A DNA stretch of 63,106 nt, filler included, from Octopus bimaculoides (GCF_001194135.2; 6 parts of 5 records of this genome joined end to end with filler, not necessarily neighbours in it), one strand, 5' to 3'. Numbered from the whole stretch's first letter, positions 1 to 12,840 are shown. Notes: generated by a model not told the origin, from the sequence alone. Made by a program: numbers and translations.

Positions 1-43
<43 letters not shown>

Positions 44-573
44 AAACTATTGGTAGCGCTTAAATGCACGTATTATGCCTTGTAATTTAATATTTATCTC
101 TCACCAGATGGAGTACATCTGTTGCTGAATTTTCTATCACGGAACAGTGCATAATATATGTGTGTGTGCGTGCGTGCGTGTGTGTATGTGTGTGTGTGTG
201 TGGTGCAATTTAAAACTTAAATTATATGACAAATAACTAGTTACTATAACTTGAATGTGTATACCCATTGGTGTCATTGTCATCATACGATTCAGCATGA
301 TCCGGAATTTGGATATATCACAGGGTACATATGGAAGCAAAACGAAACATGAGAGATTACTTATAAGATATTGTACCGTCTTGCATACGTTTCATAAACA
401 AAAAAAATATTATTAATGACAGCTTATATTACCTCTTACTCGCCAACATATGTCTTCCCCTTCCCATTGAACATCGTCTACATTACATTCTTATAATCCA
501 GCTAACCACATGGCACTTCCCTCTCATCTTTTCACTCTGTATTATTATTTTGTTTATAATAATTATTATTATT

Positions 574-780
574 GGCAGAATCGTTATCATGCTGGACGAA
601 ATGCTTAACGATATTTCGTCCTTCGCTACGTTCTGAGTTCAAATTCCACGGAGGTCGACTTTGTCTTTGGTCCTTTCAGGGTCGATAAATTAAGTACCAG
701 TGAAACACTGGGGTCGATGTAATCGACTAGTCTCCTCCCTCTAAGTTCAAGCCTTGTGCCTATAGTAGAAAACATTATTG
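574..780 (+). mobile_element. tRNA-derived SINE, family A
   Basis: ggcagaatcgtt...gagttcaaattcc (B-box)...ggggtcgat...ccttgtgcctatagtagaa; multiple copies in window. Confidence 0.85.
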
Positions 781-959
781 TTCAGTGTATACCCTGTATA
801 TTTACATTGTTTTATCATTTCATTATATGTAGACCCCCCCCCAACACTTTATGTCTGTCTTTGTATTGTGCCCCTCACCCTTCACCCTTGCGGCAAATAA
901 ATGAAATCATTAATTTTGGTTTGGCTCAGGTTTGTTCTTATTCCAGGTAGAATTTGTGA

Positions 960-1690
960 GTAGCGAGTTACTACCTGTAAACCTTTGGCATCCACAAATT
1001 TTCGACAGTCTTTCAAGTGTTTAGAACCCCACTGATAATTCTTGCGGTCCCTAAGAGACAAACTTTCTGCAGGTGCTCTACTGGGTATTCTATTTCAATC
1101 TCCTTCAGCCATTTGTCTATATCTTGACTTACTGTTCCCGACACATTAGTTATTATAGGCACGACCTTTACTGTTCGCATGCCCCAAATTCTTCCTATTT
1201 CAGATTTTAAGGGATTGTATTTTCTTTGTTTTTCTTCCTCTTTCTTTACGATCCTGGAATCAAACGGACATGATGAGCCGATCATTAAGCAACTTTGCTT
1301 TTCCTTATCAATAATTGTTATGTCTGGTCAATTATTTTCTAACTTCTTGTCCGTTTGATCAGGAAAGTCCCACAAAATCTTACATTTCTCCGACTCTAGT
1401 ACTCTTTGGACTCGATGATTGTACCATGTGTTTCCAGCTTCAAATCCCCATTTCTTCCACAATTTCCAATGTAAAACTTTTACAACCTGGTCGTGCCTCC
1501 ATTTCTTATATTCTTCCTGTGCCAACTTGGGGCATTTTGTCACAATGTGTGCCACTTTCTCGTTCCAACTTCCACAGGCTCTACATGTTTCTGACACCTT
1601 CTCTCCATATATATTTTTTCTCAAGTTGTTTATTTTTATCGTTTGATCTTGAGCTGCAACAATTAGGCTCTCTGTTTCTTTTTTAAATTT
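960..1690 (-). mobile_element. R4/Dong-like non-LTR retrotransposon, 3' fragment (zinc knuckle plus restriction-like endonuclease)
   Basis: CRACGSWNEKVAHIVTKCPKLAQEEYKKWRHDQV...PDITIID...EKQRKYNPLKSEI...LLGTARII; one in-frame stop. Confidence 0.9.
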
Positions 1691-2139
1691 CCCCTTTTTT
1701 AACTAACCCCAGGATTAATAATAATAGAAAGCAATGAATGCCGTCAAGGTGACACTGGGGAACAAATATACAAGGTTCAAAATACCCATCATGACTATTC
1801 CTCTGATTAGGGTACACCAGGCACATGCATCGCAATTATATCTGCATGATAAAACAGCAAATCACCAAAGGTTTCAAGTAGTGCCTTCTCCTGTAACTCA
1901 AAGAGACAATACCCTCTTTAGAATGCGAGCTGTATCCAACAATACTGTCTTCTGGATCACCACGAGCCTGACAACAGCTCCAGTATTCTTAATCTGTTTT
2001 TCATAGCCCTTGGAAACTGCTCCTAATGCTCCAATTACCACCGGTATCCTCATTACTATTATTACTATTATTTTATTGTCTTTGCACAGCTTCTAATTGT
2101 GGAGATGTACTACGGTGTCAGCTGTTCACAACCAATGAA

Positions 2140-2560
2140 CTAAAGTAACACCCCTTATTTTTCGAACACCATCCGGGGTATTCAAGCGGTTCTATGCAGT
2201 GCTGTATTCTGCAAGTGTTCCACCCTTATTGCAGCCCCTATTTGTTCCATATAATTCTCAAGATTTTTACTCAATGTTCCCAGGGCTCCGACAATTATGA
2301 GTACTACTACCACCTCTTTCAGCGACCACAACTGCTTAAACCTCTCAAGCTAACCTGTTATATCTATCGATTTCTCTTTCTTCCTCATCGCATACCTTGT
2401 TGTCAGCATACCTTGTCGTGTCTACGCTTGTACACTTTCTGCGTAAGACTTTCACAAGCACTAACAATATGAGTCACGCTTCCGACCATCTTCCCACACA
2501 TTCTATAGAGGCTCGTTGCACTTGTGTAGTATATATCCCTTTTCACAGAGTTGGTATTCA
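2140..2560 (-). mobile_element. Internally deleted R4/Dong-like 3' fragment
   Basis: RMCGKMVGSVTHIVSACESLTQKVYKRRHDKVC, then jumps to C-terminal ...ENYMEQIGAAIRVEHLQNTAL. Confidence 0.75.
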
Positions 2561-2562
<2 letters not shown>

Positions 2563-2627
<65 letters not shown>

Positions 2628-3063
2628 GAGTGAGAGAGCAGCGCATGCTATCAAAGTGACACTGGGGTAAAATATATGAAGTCCAGTATACCCATCATGA
2701 CTACTCGTCTGATAAAGTTACACCAGGCACATGCATCACAACTATATGTATGCGATATCACCTTGCAGGTGGGACCCAATTAGAATTTTTTTCAGATCAA
2801 GCAGCCCATCCTGCTCAAACGGTCCTTAAATAAGGGTTGTTTAAGGACGTTGAGCGAAACAGCCATGTTTCCAGAAGTGAATTATTCATCCCACAAAGAG
2901 TTCCTCTCAACACATGGCTATGATGCTCCCCCACTACTTCTGCACATGATCAGAGATGCACATATTGTCAGCCACTAAGGAGCACTTATCCAAGTTACCA
3001 CGCAATGGGACTGAACCCGGAACCATGTAGTTGGGAAGCAAACTTCTTACCACAAAGCCATAC

Positions 3064-3065
<2 letters not shown>
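2563..3065 (-). mobile_element. SINE with family-B head and a different body, ending in (AAT)n; partial second copy at about 1700-1860
   Basis: Head gtggtaagaagtttgcttcccaac...ggttccgggttcagtccca; body ...gatgcatgtgcctggtgt...ccccagtgtcactttgat; tail (ATT)n at 2563-2627. Confidence 0.8.
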
Positions 3066-3115
<50 letters not shown>

Positions 3116-3260
3116 NNNNNNNNNNNNNNNNNNNNNNNNNNNNNNNNNNNNNNNNNNNNNNNNNNNNNNNNNNNNNNNNNNNNNNNNNNNNNNNNNNNNN
3201 NNNNNNNNNNNNNNNNNNNNNNNNNNNNNNNNNNNNNNNNGGGGGTGTATGTGTCTGTGT

Positions 3261-3299
<39 letters not shown>

Positions 3300-4306
3300 A
3301 GGTTTTTTGTTATGGCCAGTAAGAGTGATCATTGGTTTGGCACCTATAAAGTGGTTTATAGGTGCGAAACCGCGGTCACTTTCTGACTGGCTATAACAAA
3401 CACCCTTCTAAATGAGTGTGTGCGAAAGTGTGTGTGTGTCTGTGTGTGTGTGTGTGTGCGAAATAGATTTTAAAGAAATCTATATTGAGAGGGCGGTAAA
3501 CCGTTCTCCTTAAAGAAAAATACATTTTTGTTACACTCTCTACTTTTGTCTTTTTGTTAACAATACAAGTTTGACCTGGTTTTTAATTTCTTACAATTTG
3601 TATTTATTTTGCTTGTTGTTCATGTATCATTTTCTTTCATTTTTCTTTTGTTTGTTTTCAAAGAAAAAGATTATTTATACCATCTCTTCACAGTTCACTG
3701 ACTGTAACTATATGTATTAGATCTGTGTGTATGTATATATATATCACCTTCTCTCAATCTTCTACTAATGTTCTATTAAATTCACTGACAATGATCTGCT
3801 TTCTGCATGAATATTAAACAGATACAGTCATGAATGACACTCGTACTTCGTGTCAGCATTTTTCAAATGTAACCTGTTGTAAATGGTGTAGAAGGTTAAT
3901 TTTTGTTTTTTTCTGGGCCGTTGGCATAATACGACGCCTAACTTAAAGCATCACTTGAGGTACTTTTAGTGAAGATTACTCTGTTGCTAGCAATGAAACC
4001 AGGCTCTTGACTTGGTTTCCGTGACATCTCGACACACAGTATTCCTTTGAAGTTGCCCCATGATACCAAAAATCTCAACCGCACATAAATAGATTCCACT
4101 TTGTCACTTACCTTTCTCATCTGGATATCAGCAACAAAACTTTCAGCCCAAAGACTCTTTTACTCCTCTCAGATACATTTACTGCTCCAACGTCCTCCAA
4201 ACACTTCGAACCGCTAACAACTCTTCGACCTAGTATCGTCTCAAGGCATGGCCACGCTGTGCAGTTTGCCCGGAAGCCTCACATATCTATGGGCCCAATT
4301 TTGATT

Positions 4307-4525
4307 TACGAGGGGTACTGAAAAGATCCTGGCTTTAAGGGTGTCATGAAAGGCCGGGTTAGAGGCCCAACCTTCCGTGTTCTCTTACAGGGCTCAGAAA
4401 AACTGCAGAACCGCTGCAATAAGTGTGGGAATCTGAGAGGGGCATATGTTGAACAAAATCATAATTAACCGATCCTCCTGTATTTTCTTTTACCCAAGCT
4501 AGAAACTTTACAGGACCCCTTTGTA
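4307..4525 (+). mobile_element. mariner-derived MITE
   Basis: tacgaggggtactgaaaagatcctggcttt ... aagctagaaactttacaggacccctttgta; internal remnant KLQNRCNKCGNLRGAYVE. Confidence 0.8.
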
Positions 4526-4660
4526 TATATGCTGTGGATAAGTATCAATAAATAAATACAATAGGGCTCAGTGCACTGATTTGCCCGGGTCTTTAAGCCT
4601 GCTCTGCTTTAATTGTATTCCTTCCTGTATCTTCCTCACATCACATCTCTCCGAAGTCAT

Positions 4661-6312
4661 GTGAGGTCGAGATGCTATAGACCCACGTGTGCTGAGGCTG
4701 GAGATAATGGAGTGGAAAGAAGAGAAGATATCTAATTATTGTGAGAATGTAAATAAAGGAGGGTCAAACATAAAAATGACGCTGTCAGAGGAGGAAAAAA
4801 GAAAAATGGAAAGCAAGACGGTAATATTCAGAACATTTTCGAATGAAAATAGGAGAATAGAACACTCGCCGCAGGAAGATATAGAGGAAATACTGGTGGT
4901 GAACATGGGGGAAAAGATAACGTTTTTTTACAAGAGGAAGACGATATGGAACTATAGTAGTAACCTTTCTTTCAGAAGAGGAGGCGAAAAAATCCTGTAA
5001 CATGATGTTAATGGGAGTAAAATGGACGTTGATGCCGAACTGTTGGAGCAAAAGAATCGTCAGAGTCAAGGTGAGAAGAATCCCACCGTCGATAGACCCA
5101 GAATGGGTAATAGCCTCAACTTTTAATTCTGAGCTGAGGAAGAATGGAGAAAACCTGAAGATTGGCATAGTAAGCAGAACACAACAATTGAATTTCTGGG
5201 GTTATGGCATTGAAATAGTCTGTGCAGTAAGCCCAAAATATTACGATGAAATGGCGGAAACTTTGGAATTATCAAACGGTGAAAAATTGGAAATAATGTT
5301 GGAGGGAAGACCCCCAAAATGTTACAGATGCGGTGAAAGAGGACACCTGAGAAGGAAATGCCCTAGAGGAGCAGTAGAAATGGTGGAAGAGAGTGTTCAG
5401 GAAGATATGGTGGTGGAAAATAAGCAGAAACAAAAAATAGAATATGATGGGAATTTCGCGAAGGTAAAACCCAGGAAATGAGAGAGAAGAAAGTCACCGA
5501 CGATAGTGGAAGTAAAGAAGTGTAAAGAAATGGAAGAAGAAACTCAACCCATGACGAGAAACGGAGAAAATTTACCAGTGGAAGTACCAGCAAAGGAATT
5601 AAAAGGACAGTCAGACCAGAAACAAGGCCACCCAGAATTACGGAAACCTATAAACATAGACACACAGACGAAACACGTAGAGTTACAGTCAAACGAACAC
5701 AGACACACACATATATAAACACAGAGACTTGGAGACGAAAATACAAGAACACACAAAACAGCAGGAAATAGAAACAAAAAGAAACAACATGAAAAACACG
5801 AACAAAAAGAAAATTATAATTAGATAGGACACCCCAACGTAAAAGATTGTAAAAGTGAAAGACATTGGGAGAGACAGAAAAGGTAAGTCGAAATAATTTT
5901 GTAAATACTGTAACTGGAGAAAATGTTTAGTTGAACTTTTAAGGAAAAAAAGGAAAAATAAGTAAAGTTTGTAAAGGTTGAATGAACAGGTTTCCAAAAT
6001 GTTTTTTTTTTTTTTTTCAAAAGGGAAGAAAATAAGAAGTAAATTCTGCATGAACAATTGGTTAAAAGGTGTGTAAATTGTAAGGCAAAAGCGAAAAGGG
6101 AAGTCGTGGTTTCGCCTCGGAGCGAGGCTAGAGTTTGTCTAAAAGTTTAAGTGAAAAAGAATCCACGATTTCATCTCGCAGCGGCAGTGAGAGGGCCGTC
6201 TCATTTGCATTGTATTTTATTCATTATACATTCATCTTCCTATGTTTTATGTTCTCGCATGTCTTTGTGTGTCCCCTCTGTAATTAGACCTTGTGCATGT
6301 AATAAAGAATCA
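4661..6312 (+). mobile_element. ORF1-only Tx1/L1-like non-LTR element with 16-bp TSD
   Basis: Flanked by identical atctctccgaagtcat at 4645-4660 and 6313-6328. Decayed ORF1 (about 4750-5720; one frameshift near 4925, one in-frame stop at 5479-5481) with zinc knuckle CYRCGERGHLRRKCP. Ends ...gtaataaagaatca. No room for an APE/RT ORF2. Confidence 0.8.
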
Positions 6313-6838
6313 ATCTCTCCGAAGTCATCGTCCTCGATAACTTCATTGCTCACAGCTCTTCCTGTCACTCACATTCATCCTACGAGCAAAATCTATCCAT
6401 CTACGACGGAGGCATAAAATGAGGGAAGGAAGTCATAACAGCTGTATATATTGAGAAATGTGTAAATAGGCTTCATAGATTACTGGCTGATGTCTTAGAG
6501 AAATTACATTATTGTTGGTGATATAGCATTCTGTTACAGCTATATGACGTGTTTGCACCTAAGTGACATGTGATGACGATTCACTCCCGAACTGAAATAG
6601 GATCCCAGTCTCTGTATCCTGAATGTGGACCGCTCCTAACGAGTGCAGACCGCTTCTAACGAAAGCCAGGCCTCTCTACGACCACTACATAAAAAGTATT
6701 AAGAAAAATATATTTGCGTATACATTTATTTTAGTTGTTCACACTATTTTACGCTTATTTATACTCTTATACATTCAAGGTTTACAAATTTCCTTTTTTA
6801 AATTATGAATCATATTCCTTTCGATAATATCAATATGA

Positions 6839-7460
6839 TTACAAAACTTCTTTGTAGACGATATTTCCTGTTTGGTCGACACTAATTTTCAAATTACTGG
6901 AGTCCGTTGCTATACTCATACCGACGTATAACTGGCCGTGTGTAAACATCGGAGTGGGTAAAAATACACTTACACGACCTGAAGTATGGCCCTGTGCCTT
7001 GTTTACTGTGAATGAGAATGCTAGTTTTATAGGAAACTGCCTGCGTCTTAATTGGAACGGAAACTGGTTATCGGTTGTACAAGGGGTATCTGCGAAATGA
7101 ACAGGCGTTTACCATTGTGTGTGCCAGTCGCAATCACTGCTTCGATAACAATGGAATTTAGTTCTGTTACTGAGTCTCTTGTTCCATTGCAGAGACCATT
7201 GACAGGATCGAAATTCCCAAGGAACATTATCGGACAGTTCTTTTTCAATTTGATTTTATGAACTGGTAATCCCGATGGATTTAAGTTGTTCAAGAAATCC
7301 TGTGGATACTGGTGGCAGTTTTCGTCATCCATTGTATCCGAACAACAGTACTCTCGGCTTTCCCCAGGGAAGTTGCTAATGTGTTCATTCACACTGTTTA
7401 CCACTTCATTGGTTGAGGCAATGATAGCTCGCGAACACAGACATAATGCGTTTTTGTAGA
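6839..7460 (-). mobile_element. Helitron PIF1-type helicase C-terminal fragment
   Basis: RAIIASTNEVVN...LNPSGLPVHKIKLKKNCPIM...NGLCNGTR, frameshift, RRRQFPIKLAFSFTVNKAQG...FTHGQLYVG...NIVYKEVL; stop at 6839-6841. Confidence 0.93.
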
Positions 7461-8029
7461 CTTTTTCTGTTCGACATGTCTGTATTCACTGTCAGATTCT
7501 GTTATGTTTTATAGCGGCAGCTTCCCTGTTAGTCCTATCAAGTCTTGATTTCTGTTTCCAGGTCATAATCGCCTGGAACGAAGGAAATTTCAATAAAGTA
7601 TTACACAGCTTTATGCATACAATCGTTATTGACAAAGTTCGTAGTTAGTCATACACCGATAAAAGATGAGCAAAAGCCATCACAATCATTCCTTAATAAA
7701 GTTATCCTAAACTAAAATTTTCGTATGTGGCGTAATTCAGTGGAGAAGTAAATTGACTTACTTCCCTTCGCTTCTTTTATTAATTATATCCCCCTTAAAT
7801 TTTATTTACATTTTTCCCTGACCGGCCTACAGACACTCCAAACACTCCAAACACCTTGAATACTTTCTCATGTCCAAGCCCAACGTTTACTATTACTCTT
7901 TCTGGATTTATCGGGTCATCAACCGTTACCTTGTCTCGACTACTAGAAACATTTTGGATGTAGTCATTCGCAAACACGCTCCAAATTCTAGTCCATAGAC
8001 ATGCTGTCTTCTCTCTCTCTTTCTCACCC

Positions 8030-8086
<57 letters not shown>

Positions 8087-9070
8087 NNNNNNNNNNNNNN
8101 NNNNNNNNNNNNNNNNNNNNNNNNNNNNNNNNNNNNNNNNNNNNNNNNNNNNNNNNNNNNNNNNNNNNNNNNNNNNNNNNNNNNNNNNNNNNNNNNNNNN
8201 NNNNNNNNNNNNNNNNNNNNNNNNNNNNNNNNNNNNNNNNNNNNNNNNNNNNNNNNNNNNNNNNNNNNNNNNNNNNNNNNNNNNNNNNNNNNNNNNNNNN
8301 NNNNNNNNNNNNNNNNNNNNNNNNNNNNNNNNNNNNNNNNNNNNNNNNNNNNNNNNNNNNNNNNNNNNNNNNNNNNNNNNNNNNNNNNNNNNNNNNNNNN
8401 NNNNNNNNNNNNNNNNNNNNNNNNNNNNNNNNNNNNNNNNNNNNNNNNNNNNNNNNNNNNNNNNNNNNNNNNNNNNNNNNNNNNNNNNNNNNNNNNNNNN
8501 NNNNNNNNNNNNNNNNNNNNNNNNNNNNNNNNNNNNNNNNNNNNNNNNNNNNNNNNNNNNNNNNNNNNNNNNNNNNNNNNNNNNNNNNNNNNNNNNNNNN
8601 NNNNNNNNNNNNNNNNNNNNNNNNNNNNNNNNNNNNNNNNNNNNNNNNNNNNNNNNNNNNNNNNNNNNNNNNNNNNNNNNNNNNNNNNNNNNNNNNNNNN
8701 NNNNNNNNNNNNNNNNNNNNNNNNNNNNNNNNNNNNNNNNNNNNNNNNNNNNNNNNNNNNNNNNNNNNNNNNNNNNNNNNNNNNNNNNNNNNNNNNNNNN
8801 NNNNNNNNNNNNNNNNNNNNNNNNNNNNNNNNNNNNNNNNNNNNNNNNNNNNNNNNNNNNNNNNNNNNNNNNNNNNNNNNNNNNNNNNGGGGTTAGATGA
8901 TGGGGGTGGTGTTTTCAAAGGGCTGGCATGTGTAACCTGATCACCTCTGCCGATCAAACTCCCAGCCCATGCGCTCCCGTCGCGACACTGATTCTGCCCA
9001 AATTTGACGTCGATGTTACTTAGTTTGGTTTGAAATAAAGAACTTGATTAGCTTAATAATCCTAACTTAA

Positions 9071-9099
9071 TCCCGGGAAAAGCCGGGCTATACTGCTAG
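9071..9099 (+). mobile_element. Helitron-type 3' terminus
   Basis: GC hairpin cccgggaaaagccggg, then ctatactgCTAG followed by T. Confidence 0.7.
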
Positions 9100-9226
9100 T
9101 TTCCTATATTTTATACGAATGTTTTCTTTTTTTTCATTTAGTTAGAAGGAGAGAAGCAGTACTTACGACTTTTAGAAAAAGTGTAGCCCTATACCATCAA
9201 ATAAAAATCACTCTTTTCATGTTCAC

Positions 9227-9288
9227 CTTCAACTTCTGTAGACTGATGATGGCAAGGAGAAATGTTGAAGTTCGTCTTTATTGGAATC
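9227..9288 (-). CDS. Candidate exon, frame ambiguous (phase 0: DSNKDELQHFSLPSSVYRS-stop; phase 2: IPIKTNFNISPCHHQSTEVE)
   Basis: Acceptor gttgttcactcctcctctgcag, donor AAG|gtgaac. Confidence 0.3.
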
Positions 9289-9689
9289 CTGCAGAGGAGG
9301 AGTGAACAACGACATTTGAGAAATCAGGATCAAGGGAGGATACATGAGATGGGCCAGCGGAGTTTGGGTGCGTAGCTAGCTAGTTCAGAGTAGTAGTAGT
9401 AGTAGTAGTAGTAGTATTTGTTGTTGTTGTTGTTGTTGTTGTTGTAGGTACAGGAATGGTTAACTGCTGTGTGGTTAATGAGTTTTTCACCAATCTGCTT
9501 AGTCGCTTGCTTTGGGATGTCTTATAGCTTGTTGTTGTAGTTATTGTTGTTCTTCTGTGATGTTTAACCCCAGATTAATTCTGACTGAGGAGATTTATAA
9601 TCAAAAGTTTTCAAGCTCTGACAACCCCACCGTTCACACGGGTACTGCATACCTAAATTTACATTATGTAATTTTCAAAACGATGAGGT

Positions 9690-10030
9690 ATCATTATTAT
9701 TATTATTATGGCCGGGTTCCAATCCAAGCCGTAGCAACAAAGTCCACCCGTCACACTCCTCGGTCCATCATCACTGCCTCGAGGTTTTGTATACAATCCA
9801 GGCCAGTGTCTACTATCAAGTCGTCGATGTGTGACGACGTTTTCCTCTTCTTATATCACCATGAAGTGGGTTCCACAGCACTAATTTAGATGCTTCCAGT
9901 TGAGGGTGGCGTACGCAGTGACCAGATAGTCGCTACCGTCTTTGCCTGATCTACTCGCTAACTTTCAGCAGGTCGACAGGAAATGCAATCTACAGGAGGA
10001 GTGTGCGGCCCTGTCAGTATTAAGCTGTTG
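9690..10030 (-). mobile_element. RTE-type LINE 3' end
   Basis: RLSGHCVRHPQLEASKLVLWNPLHG...IDDLIVDTGLDCIQNLEAVMMDR, followed by short (TAA)n. Confidence 0.75.
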
Positions 10031-10120
10031 AAAAGCCAAAAGAGGTATCATTTAAGGGGAGATTTAGTTCTTATTTCTATGCTGTTCAAGTGACCTTATA
10101 CAAGTTCTTTCCATCTAGAC

Positions 10121-10559
10121 CAGTGGTTCTTAAATGGAGTACATATGGCCCTTGGTGATCCATATAAGATTTTGATGTTAAACTTTATGTGAAATAAACT
10201 GGTTATACTTCTTACACCTACACAAGATATTTTAAGAATTTTTTATGCAACTCTTAATAATAACTAATTATAAAATATAATAGGATTTTTTAAACATCGA
10301 GTGGCTAGCATTTCTCAACCGGGGTTCCTCGGAACCCTAAGGTTCCGCAAAAGGTTCCTATGGGTTCCACGAGAAAGAGTGAGATAAGCTAATGTTAATT
10401 TCATGGTCGTAATATTACTATACATGCACAACATATTATTGGTTATTGTAATATTGTAATATAGACATCTATCATCCTATCAAACCTATTATGTTATCAA
10501 ACAAAATATAAAAACCATTGGGGATATATTTAGTGGTGTCTGTAATCTATAGACACACT

Positions 10560-10610
<51 letters not shown>

Positions 10611-10818
10611 ATTTATGATATTTACTACGGAAACTGCGATGAAAAAGATATGAGAAAGATATGGTATATAATGTTTTTGTGTAGGGGTTCCTTGAGACAT
10701 GTAATTTATTTTAAGGGTTACGCAAGGGTAAAAAGGTTGAGAAAAACTGGAGAGAGTCCATCTAAATAAAGTAGGAAGCAAAGGGGTTTATAGGTATATA
10801 AATGGTTGAGAAATACTG
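10121..10818 (+). mobile_element. hAT MITE containing a nested second hAT MITE (10306-10749)
   Basis: cagtggttct...ggttgagaaatactg with imperfect 8-bp TSD atctagac/gtctaggc; inner tagcatttctcaaccgggg...ggttgagaaaaactg. Confidence 0.75.
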
Positions 10819-11031
10819 GTCTAGGCTGTTTATGCCAATAACTCCAGAACTGTCCCTGGATATCTGTTCAGTACTTTGATATAAGCTTTAGATCTGCAAC
10901 TGACCAACGCTTAAACATTCCCGCGGTCTGAAGAACAAACTATTATCTGAGGCATAATTTGTGAAATATAATACATCTGGGGCAGTCACGAGAGATCATT
11001 TTAGACTGTGAGGCGTGGAATTTGGAATTAC

Positions 11032-11134
11032 TTCATGAATGCTAATGAGGTGTTCATCTGAGGGAGAGGTGCAGCATAGCTGATAAAATTTGAGCTTCAG
11101 AAAGCCCTGTGGGCGCATATTTCGGGTCATCAGT
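11032..11134 (-). CDS. Candidate exon (103 nt, phase 2 to 0): LMTRNMRPQGFLKLKFYQLCCTSPSDEHLISIHE
   Basis: Acceptor ttttcatattaaccttcctgttag, donor GAA|gtaatt; phase-compatible with 22160-22257. Confidence 0.5.
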
Positions 11135-12737
11135 CTAACAGGAAGGTTAATATGAAAATAGTCGGTCAGTTTAACAAAGAGAGAGAGAAAAAGAGCGGGG
11201 GATAAAACATTGCAAACAACGAATGAAATAAACATGAAATGAAAAAATTGTATAAATAAAAGCTCGTATAAATAAAAGCTCATGTACCGAATATTTAAAT
11301 TTGTGAACTTGAAATTTTCAATAACAAAAGGAAGTTCAGAAAGTAAATTTTCCTGAAAACTTCAATTTTTATAAAATCTCAATTGCTTAATTTATCGTAA
11401 TTGTAACATATCTCTAATTTAAACAAACTTCATTTATATGTTAAATCATCATTAATGAAAATGGAGGTGAGAGAGAGATTGAGAAGCTATTGTAAATGAA
11501 AGCGGAAATTTTCGCCTGCAGCGAATATTGTTTATTAAACATTAAAATCTACTCTGCAATGAATACAACGAATATACAAATTTGTGAAAAACATGTAGTT
11601 CAAATATTCGATNNNNNNNNNNNNNNNNNNNNNNNNNNNNNNNNNNNNNNNNNNNNNNNNNNNNNNNNNNNNNNNNNNNNNNNNNNNNNNNNNNNNNNNN
11701 NNNNNNNNNNNNNNNNNNNNNNNNNNNNNNNNNNNNNNNNNNNNNNNNNNNNNNNNNNNNNNNNNNNNNNNNNNNNNNNNNNNNNNNNNNNNNNNNNNNN
11801 NNNNNNNNNNNNNNNNNNNNNNNNNNNNNNNNNNNNNNNNNNNNNNNNNNNNNNNNNNNNNNNNNNNNNNNNNNNNNNNNNNNNNNNNNNNNNNNNNNNN
11901 NNNNNNNNNNNNNNNNNNNNNNNNNNNNNNNNNNNNNNNNNNNNNNNNNNNNNNNNNNNNNNNNNNNNNNNNNNNNNNNNNNNNNNNNNNNNNNNNNNNN
12001 NNNNNNNNNNNNNNNNNNNNNNNNNNNNNNNNNNNNNNNNNNNNNNNNNNNNNNNNNNNNNNNNNNNNNNNNNNNNNNNNNNNNNNNNNNNNNNNNNNNN
12101 NNNNNNNNNNNNNNNNNNNNNNNNNNNNNNNNNNNNNNNNNNNNNNNNNNNNNNNNNNNNNNNNNNNNNNNNNNNNNNNNNNNNNNNNNNNNNNNNNNNN
12201 NNNNNNNNNNNNNNNNNNNNNNNNNNNNNNNNNNNNNNNNNNNNNNNNNNNNNNNNNNNNNNNNNNNNNNNNNNNNNNNNNNNNNNNNNNNNNNNNNNNN
12301 NNNNNNNNNNNNNNNNNNNNNNNNNNNNNNNNNNNNNNNNNNNNNNNNNNNNNNNNNNNNNNNNNNNNNNNNNNNNNNNNNNNNNNNNATATATATATAT
12401 ATAAGATGGAGGTGGAAGTAGCACAAAGGTAATTCTAAGACGTTTCAATTTAAGAGGGTATTTAATGAAAATGATTTTAAAATCATAAAGAAGATAAACT
12501 GTTTTTAATTCAAATTCTTATAAATTGTAACTGATATTTGATAAGATGAGATACAGCGAAACCGGTTATATTTTCTTTATATGATTTTTAATTCATTTTT
12601 ATTAAATTCCCTCTTAGATTGAAATGTTTTAGACTTACTTCAGTGCAATTTCCACCCCCATCTTTCATATATAAAAATTTGATTTGTATAGATCTCAAAT
12701 CTTTTTTCAACTATATATACATATATATATATACATG

Positions 12738-12840
12738 TACATATAAGAGGGATGACCACTAAGTGGACAGCCATTTTACTAGAAGTAGACCACCTATGGT
12801 CTGACCACTAAGAAAAGATTGGTCATCCCTCTCATATGTA
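12738..12840. mobile_element. Small (103 bp) MITE-like inverted-repeat element
   Basis: tacatataagagggatgacca ... tggtcatccctctcatatgta (21-bp IR, 1 mismatch). Confidence 0.65.

Noticed and set aside
7790-7990. Short minus-strand ORF upstream of the Helitron helicase fragment
   Set aside because: No recognisable Rep or helicase motif; link to the Helitron unproven.
9385-9575. Thr-rich minus-strand open frame
   Set aside because: Built on (CAA)n/(TAC)n microsatellites; no usable acceptor or start.
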